From Fidelibacterota bacterium (lineage in GTDB: Bacteria > Fidelibacterota > Marinisomatia > Marinisomatales > Marinisomataceae): a stretch of DNA of 64,000 bases. The translations under genes and the position numbers were made by a program. The DNA is taken from NCBI GenBank assembly GCA_016777965.1, contig JADHQL010000001.1, positions 89,189 to 153,188 of the forward strand. The letters are read 5' to 3'. The notes under the pieces were generated by a model. That model had not been told where the DNA came from. It saw nothing but the letters and a program-made list of their open reading frames with translations, and searched no databases. This document shows positions 59,760-64,000 of this stretch, piece by piece; position 1 is the first letter of the stretch, and the number at the start of each line of letters is the position of its first letter.

Positions 59760-59768
59760 TTATCCACA
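59760..59768 (+). promoter_or_regulatory. Consensus DnaA box TTATCCACA in the dnaB leader
   Basis: Exact 9/9 match to the canonical DnaA box. It lies 7-15 nt upstream of the dnaB ATG (59753), in a 96-bp intergenic region. Confidence 0.55.
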
Positions 59769-59849
59769 CTCTTTCAACAATTGAAATTTTTTATTTTAAT
59801 AGATTAATGATGTTTTAATAATCTGACAAGCTAATCCTTAATAACAGGA

Positions 59850-60656
59850 TCATTTATTTAATATCCAATTAATCGGTGTAATGCCTCTAGACTTTAAAAA
59901 TTTATTTGTCTTAGAAAATGGATTTGATCCAAAAAATCCTCTTTGAGCTGATAGAGGTGAAGGATGAACTGAAGTAATTATATAATGCTTAGATGTGTCT
60001 ATTACATCTTCGATTGAGTGTGCTTGCTTGCCCCATAAAATGAAAACTATGTTTTCTAATTTAGAAGAAACTATTTCAACTACCTTCTTTGTAAAGATCT
60101 CCCATCCCAAGTCTTTATGAGAATTCGCATTATCTTTTTCTACAGTTAATACAGTATTTAAAAGTAAAACTCCTTGATCAGCCCATGATTGCAAATTTCC
60201 TGAATTAGGAATTGGGATATTTAGATCAGATTCTAGTTCTTTAAAGATATTCAAAAGTGATGGCGGAATTGCAATACCGTCATTTACGCTGAACGACAAA
60301 CCATTTGCCTGACCTTGACCATGGTATGGATCTTGTCCAATTATTACCACCTTTACATTGTTTAAATGTGTCGAATTAAAAGCATTAAACATTAAGGAAG
60401 GTTTTGGATAAATAATTTTGTTTTTGTAAGAATTTCTAACCTTAGCTGAAAGCTCTATCCAATACTTCTTTTTAAACTCTTCCTTAAGCTCAGAATACCA
60501 TGAATCATGAATCTTAACTTTTTTTTGAATATTTGAATGTGAGAGCTGGTTGAGATATATCTCATTACCGAACAACTGCTTATTTTGATTGATAAATGTC
60601 TTTTTTAAAGATTTAGTGCTCAATTGATTCTTCGGTCTTAATCCAATCAATATCAC
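59850..60656 (-). CDS. ung: Uracil-DNA glycosylase, family 1 (start codon uncertain)
   Basis: Motifs GQDPYHG, GLSFSV, LLLNTVLTV and HPSPLSA are present. The first ATG (60656) overlaps rpoZ by 44 nt and adds about 48 aa before the usual Ung N-terminus. An in-frame TTG at 60575 is an alternative start. Confidence 0.9.
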   Translation of the reverse strand: MILIGLRPKNQLSTKSLKKTFINQNKQLFGNEIYLNQLSHSNIQKKVKIHDSWYSELKEEFKKKYWIELSAKVRNSYKNKIIYPKPSLMFNAFNSTHLNNVKVVIIGQDPYHGQGQANGLSFSVNDGIAIPPSLLNIFKELESDLNIPIPNSGNLQSWADQGVLLLNTVLTVEKDNANSHKDLGWEIFTKKVVEIVSSKLENIVFILWGKQAHSIEDVIDTSKHYIITSVHPSPLSAQRGFFGSNPFSKTNKFLKSRGITPINWILNK

Positions 60657-60900
60657 CGTTTAAGAACTCATCTAAGGCAATAGAGGTGACTTTTTCTTCC
60701 TTGTCAAAATTAATATTTTCCCTAATAACAGGCTCTGCAAGAATACCATCTTCAGAAATTTCTTCATTTTCATCAATCATTTGCTTAACAATTCTATCTT
60801 GAAGAATTTGCTTTGCTCTTTTTGATGAGACAACAACAGCTTCATAAATATCATCTGTTTTTTTTAAAAGCTTGCTAAACGAAATTGGGTCTACAGCCAT
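60613..60900 (-). CDS. rpoZ: DNA-directed RNA polymerase subunit omega
   Basis: 95-aa ORF directly downstream of gmk (conserved gmk-rpoZ pairing). IYEAVVVSSKRAKQI resembles the omega core helix. Confidence 0.75.
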   Translation of the reverse strand: MAVDPISFSKLLKKTDDIYEAVVVSSKRAKQILQDRIVKQMIDENEEISEDGILAEPVIRENINFDKEEKVTSIALDEFLNGDIDWIKTEESIEH

Positions 60901-60901
60901 T

Positions 60902-61462
60902 TTAATCCTCTTTTTTGTGTCTAATTATAATTTCTTTAATTTTTTCAAATGTGGTCTCGAAGTTATCATTAATAAGATTATAGTCAAATTCTTTTTTTAA
61001 GTTATCCTCTTCTTCAAACCTACTTAATCTTTTATTAATTTCATCTTCAGTTTCTGTTGATCTTAAAACTAATCTTTTTCTTAGTTCCTCTACATTGGGA
61101 GGTGATAAAAAAATTGATATAGTATTGCTTCGATAATAATTCATTAAACTAACTGCCCCATTAACATCTAGCTCAAAAAATAAATGCTTATTATTATAAA
61201 TGTACTGTTCCAGGCTACTTAATGCAGTGCCATATAAATCTCCATGAACATTTTCATATTCAAGAAATAGGTTTTCTTCAATCATTTTTTCAAATTGTTC
61301 TTTATTTATAAAATTATAGTGTACACCATCAATTTCATACTTTCTTTTATTTCTAGTTGTATATGAAACAGAAATTTCAATGTTCAAATCTCTTGAAAGT
61401 AATTCTAGTAGAGTAGTTTTACCTGAGCCCGATGATCCGGAAATAATGATAAAATTTTTCAT
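60902..61462 (-). CDS. gmk: Guanylate kinase
   Basis: 186-aa ORF with the P-loop GSSGSGKTT, then SYTTR and YEIDGVHYNF. Confidence 0.93.
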   Translation of the reverse strand: MKNFIIISGSSGSGKTTLLELLSRDLNIEISVSYTTRNKRKYEIDGVHYNFINKEQFEKMIEENLFLEYENVHGDLYGTALSSLEQYIYNNKHLFFELDVNGAVSLMNYYRSNTISIFLSPPNVEELRKRLVLRSTETEDEINKRLSRFEEEDNLKKEFDYNLINDNFETTFEKIKEIIIRHKKED

Positions 61463-62259
61463 AAAATATTTCCTATTTGCTCTCTTAATTTTTCCGCTTG
61501 TATTTTTAAGCTTATTGCATGCTTAGATACTCTTTTATCTAAAAACTTAGATAATATTGTATTAGACTCTCTATTGATTTCCTGTAAGATGAAATTAATT
61601 TTTTTTCCAGATAATTGCTTTGATTTAATTGATTGAGATATCTGGCTTAAATGACTATTGATTCTATCAATCTCTTCTGAAATATCAATCTTTTCTATCT
61701 CATCAATTACGTCATTATTTGATTTTAAATTTATTTTACTTGCATGTACTTTTTCTTGAATTTTTTCAATCATCAAAAGATCTTTTGTAGCTATATCCAA
61801 ATACCCATAAAATTCTTTTTCTATTACAGCTCCTTCTTTATTGCGCATGTCAATCAATTCTTTTGTTGCAATTTTTAATGATGAAAAAATCTTTTTTTGA
61901 ATTGAATTACTATGTGGTACATAGCTCAAAATATCATTATTTCTTAGCAATTGGCTGTAATTCAAATCAATATCGTACTTTTTTTCAATTTCTTTATATG
62001 CTTTTAAAACGCTCGATGTTTTTTGACTATTAAATTTGAAGGCATCTTTTGAATCTACTTTTATAAACAATGTAACTGAACCCCTCAATAATTGTTTTTT
62101 TAAATAGTTTCTAATCTTGTATTCAAGTGGACCAGATAAATCGAAGGATTTTGTATTCAATTCGAAATACCTTGAGTTAAAAGATTTTAATTCAATATTT
62201 ATTGAAAGACTGGAATCCTCATAGCTCGAAGAACCAAAACCTGTCATACTAACTAACAT
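61459..62259 (-). CDS. yicC: YicC-family stress-induced protein (endoribonuclease YicC-like)
   Basis: 266-aa ORF with N-terminal SMTGFG, then SFNSRYFE, and C-terminal EINRESNTILSK and KIQAEKLREQIGNI. Confidence 0.88.
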   Translation of the reverse strand: MLVSMTGFGSSSYEDSSLSINIELKSFNSRYFELNTKSFDLSGPLEYKIRNYLKKQLLRGSVTLFIKVDSKDAFKFNSQKTSSVLKAYKEIEKKYDIDLNYSQLLRNNDILSYVPHSNSIQKKIFSSLKIATKELIDMRNKEGAVIEKEFYGYLDIATKDLLMIEKIQEKVHASKINLKSNNDVIDEIEKIDISEEIDRINSHLSQISQSIKSKQLSGKKINFILQEINRESNTILSKFLDKRVSKHAISLKIQAEKLREQIGNIL

Positions 62260-63398
62260 TATGCTTCAACCTTTCTTTTCAAGTTCAATAAATAAAGTAA
62301 TAATACTCCAATAGTAAACAGTGGTGAAAATATAGGGAAAATTAATTTAAAACTATAGTTATCTGCTATTAATCCTCCTAAATATGCTGCTAAACCTGAA
62401 AGACCAAACATTAAAAAAAAGTTTAAACCAAAGACAACCGATCTTATCCTTAATGGAGTGATATCTTTAATTATGGAATTAATTAATGGTTGAATTGAGT
62501 ACATAATAATTGCCAATAGAACTGAAACAATTACAAGCAAAGTTTTTCCGACAAATATTATTGTTATAAATAAAGGAAGAAGTAACAGAAAAACTATTGA
62601 CAATAATTTAATTCTATCAAACTTATCTCCAAGATATCCTGATAGAACTTGTCCCAAAAAACCTGTTAACATAATTGCTGATACAATAGAATTTGCATTC
62701 GAGCCAAAATCTAAATTAAACACTGAAGGAATGAATGTGTTAAATACTGTAAATGATAAACCAACAACGAATGAAATTAGGAAAAAAATTGATAAAATTG
62801 AGTTCTGTTTTTTATCAGTAAAGTCATTTAGGCTAATAATATCTATTTTTTCAGTATTCGGAATAAATTTCATTGAAAGAGGTAGTAAAAAAGCATTTAA
62901 AATTGCAGTGAAAATAAATGCATAATGCCAACTAAAATACAATACAGAAAAATATGATATTAAAGGACCTAAAGAAACTCCGATTGATCCAAAGACTCCA
63001 TGAAATGCATTTGCCTTTGCAATATTTTTGTCAAAAGTTTCTGAAATTAATGTCAAAGAAACAGGATGATGAATGCTTGCAAAAAGTCCCAAAAGAACAC
63101 TGCTTAACGAAAACATTAAAACACTATCTGAAACACTTACTAAAAGCGCAGAAAATAAAATTCCCAGTTGAGAAAATACAATTAATTTTTTTGGTCCGTA
63201 CTTGTTGTATAAAAAAGACATTGGAAGGGAACCGACACCAAAACAGAAACTCACAATACCAAATATTAGTCCTACCTCGGCTGCATTTAGAGAATAAAAA
63301 TCAATTAAATTAATATACATACTTGGAATCAACATCATAATGATGTGATTTGACATGTGAGATAAACTTAAAACAAATAGGATAAATCTAGAAGGCAA
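62259..63398 (-). CDS. Major facilitator superfamily transporter
   Basis: 379-aa ORF with about 11-12 predicted TM helices. It starts at TTG (63398), 3 nt after the rplS stop. An alternative ATG lies at 63356. Confidence 0.7.
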   Translation of the reverse strand: MPSRFILFVLSLSHMSNHIIMMLIPSMYINLIDFYSLNAAEVGLIFGIVSFCFGVGSLPMSFLYNKYGPKKLIVFSQLGILFSALLVSVSDSVLMFSLSSVLLGLFASIHHPVSLTLISETFDKNIAKANAFHGVFGSIGVSLGPLISYFSVLYFSWHYAFIFTAILNAFLLPLSMKFIPNTEKIDIISLNDFTDKKQNSILSIFFLISFVVGLSFTVFNTFIPSVFNLDFGSNANSIVSAIMLTGFLGQVLSGYLGDKFDRIKLLSIVFLLLLPLFITIIFVGKTLLVIVSVLLAIIMYSIQPLINSIIKDITPLRIRSVVFGLNFFLMFGLSGLAAYLGGLIADNYSFKLIFPIFSPLFTIGVLLLYLLNLKRKVEA

Positions 63399-63401
63399 GC
63401 T

Positions 63402-63722
63402 TTATTTCTTTTCTGCAAGACGAGCAGCTTTACCAGACAATCCACGTAAATAGTACAATTTAGCTCTTCTTACCTTATTTACCCTATCAACTTTAATAGA
63501 TGCAATTGATGGAGAGTGAAGTGGAAAAATTCTTTCTACTCCAATACCATTAGAAATTTTTCTTACAGTAACTGTTTCAGCAATACCGGAGCCTTTTCGA
63601 GCGATAACAGTACCCTTAAATAACTGCTGTCTAACTTTTTGTCCCTCTCTAACATTAACATAGATTGAAAGGACATCTCCTGCTTTAAAATTTGGTATAT
63701 CTTCTCTTAATATATTACTCAT
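63402..63722 (-). CDS. rplS: 50S ribosomal protein L19
   Basis: 106-aa ORF with [33 protein letters not shown] and RRAKLYYLR. Confidence 0.96.
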   Translation of the reverse strand: MSNILREDIPNFKAGDVLSIYVNVREGQKVRQQLFKGTVIARKGSGIAETVTVRKISNGIGVERIFPLHSPSIASIKVDRVNKVRRAKLYYLRGLSGKAARLAEKK

Positions 63723-63723
63723 A

Positions 63724-64000
63724 TTATTTTTTCTCCAAAAGATCAGGTCTTTTGTCTCTTGTAATTTCTAACTTCTTATCATTACGCCATTTTTCAATTG
63801 CCTTATGATCGCCTGATAATAATACTTTTGGAACTTTTAATCCATCAATTTCATTAGGCCGTGTAAAATAAGGAGCATCTAGTAAATCGTCAACAAAAGA
63901 ATCTGTCATTGCTGAATTTAAATCATTTAAAACGCCTGGAACTAGTCGTGCAATTGAATCAAAGATAATCATTGTTGATAATTCGCCATTAGAAATAATG
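63724..64000 (-). CDS. trmD: tRNA (guanine37-N1)-methyltransferase TrmD, 5'-truncated by window edge
   Basis: The frame is open to the window end. The C-terminal part [15 protein letters not shown]...DSF...[29 protein letters not shown] matches TrmD, and the trmD-rplS pairing is conserved. Confidence 0.9.
   Translation of the reverse strand, partial: IISNGELSTMIIFDSIARLVPGVLNDLNSAMTDSFVDDLLDAPYFTRPNEIDGLKVPKVLLSGDHKAIEKWRNDKKLEITRDKRPDLLEKK

Noticed and set aside
59754-59849. The possibility that the DnaA-box region upstream of dnaB is the chromosomal origin (oriC).
   Set aside because: There is only one consensus box in 96 bp. I saw no cluster of additional boxes with one mismatch or fewer in the spacer or the flanking coding ends, and no distinct 13-mer-like AT repeats beyond the general AT-richness. 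A regulatory single site is more parsimonious.

Overview
AT-rich (about 30% GC by eye), very compact bacterial core-genome window. By my hand tally only about 1-2% is non-coding. Almost everything is on the minus strand. From high to low coordinates: trmD(partial)-rplS-MFS-yicC-gmk-rpoZ-ung; then dnaB-relA/spoT-ruvX-lnt-truA-htrA-DUF4321-tatA-gatA-batABCDE-SPOR-yebC-ruvC-ruvA-gcvT-ftsK-lolA-like-gmhB-like-ddl-cysS, with essentially no intergenic DNA. Next comes an uninterrupted transcription/translation supercluster: tRNA Thr-Tyr-Gly-Thr, tuf, rpmG, tRNA-Trp, secE, nusG, rplKAJL, rpoBC, rpsL-rpsG-fusA, S10-spc-alpha operons to rplQ. After it lie a small islet (GAF/fRMsr gene and a tRNA(CAU) on the plus strand, sulfotransferase on the minus strand), then gdhA-pgk-tpiA-secG-tRNA-Leu, a TPR protein and a partial HAD hydrolase. 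Seven tRNAs and three small genes absent from the ORF track (rpmJ, rpmG, tatA) were found by hand translation. Gene content and order (Bat operon, spc operon without adk, Cys-poor L36, ftsK followed by a lolA-like gene) look like the FCB group (Bacteroidota, Marinimicrobia and relatives), but this is only an impression. I found no CRISPR array, mobile element, integrase, toxin-antitoxin or recognisable defence system, and no convincing novel multi-gene system. The leads worth a second look are modest. (1) ddl, whose conserved N-domain is encoded upstream of any ATG/GTG/TTG, with a probable ATT start. (2) A consensus DnaA box in the 96-bp dnaB leader. (3) A sulfotransferase ORF whose 3' end runs antisense through a tRNA down to its anticodon. 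(4) A Bat (vWA/TPR) module without MoxR/DUF58 that is translationally coupled to gatA. (5) GC-rich palindromes, one 9-mer of which recurs at the two main promoter regions of the supercluster. (6) The extreme gene packing itself.
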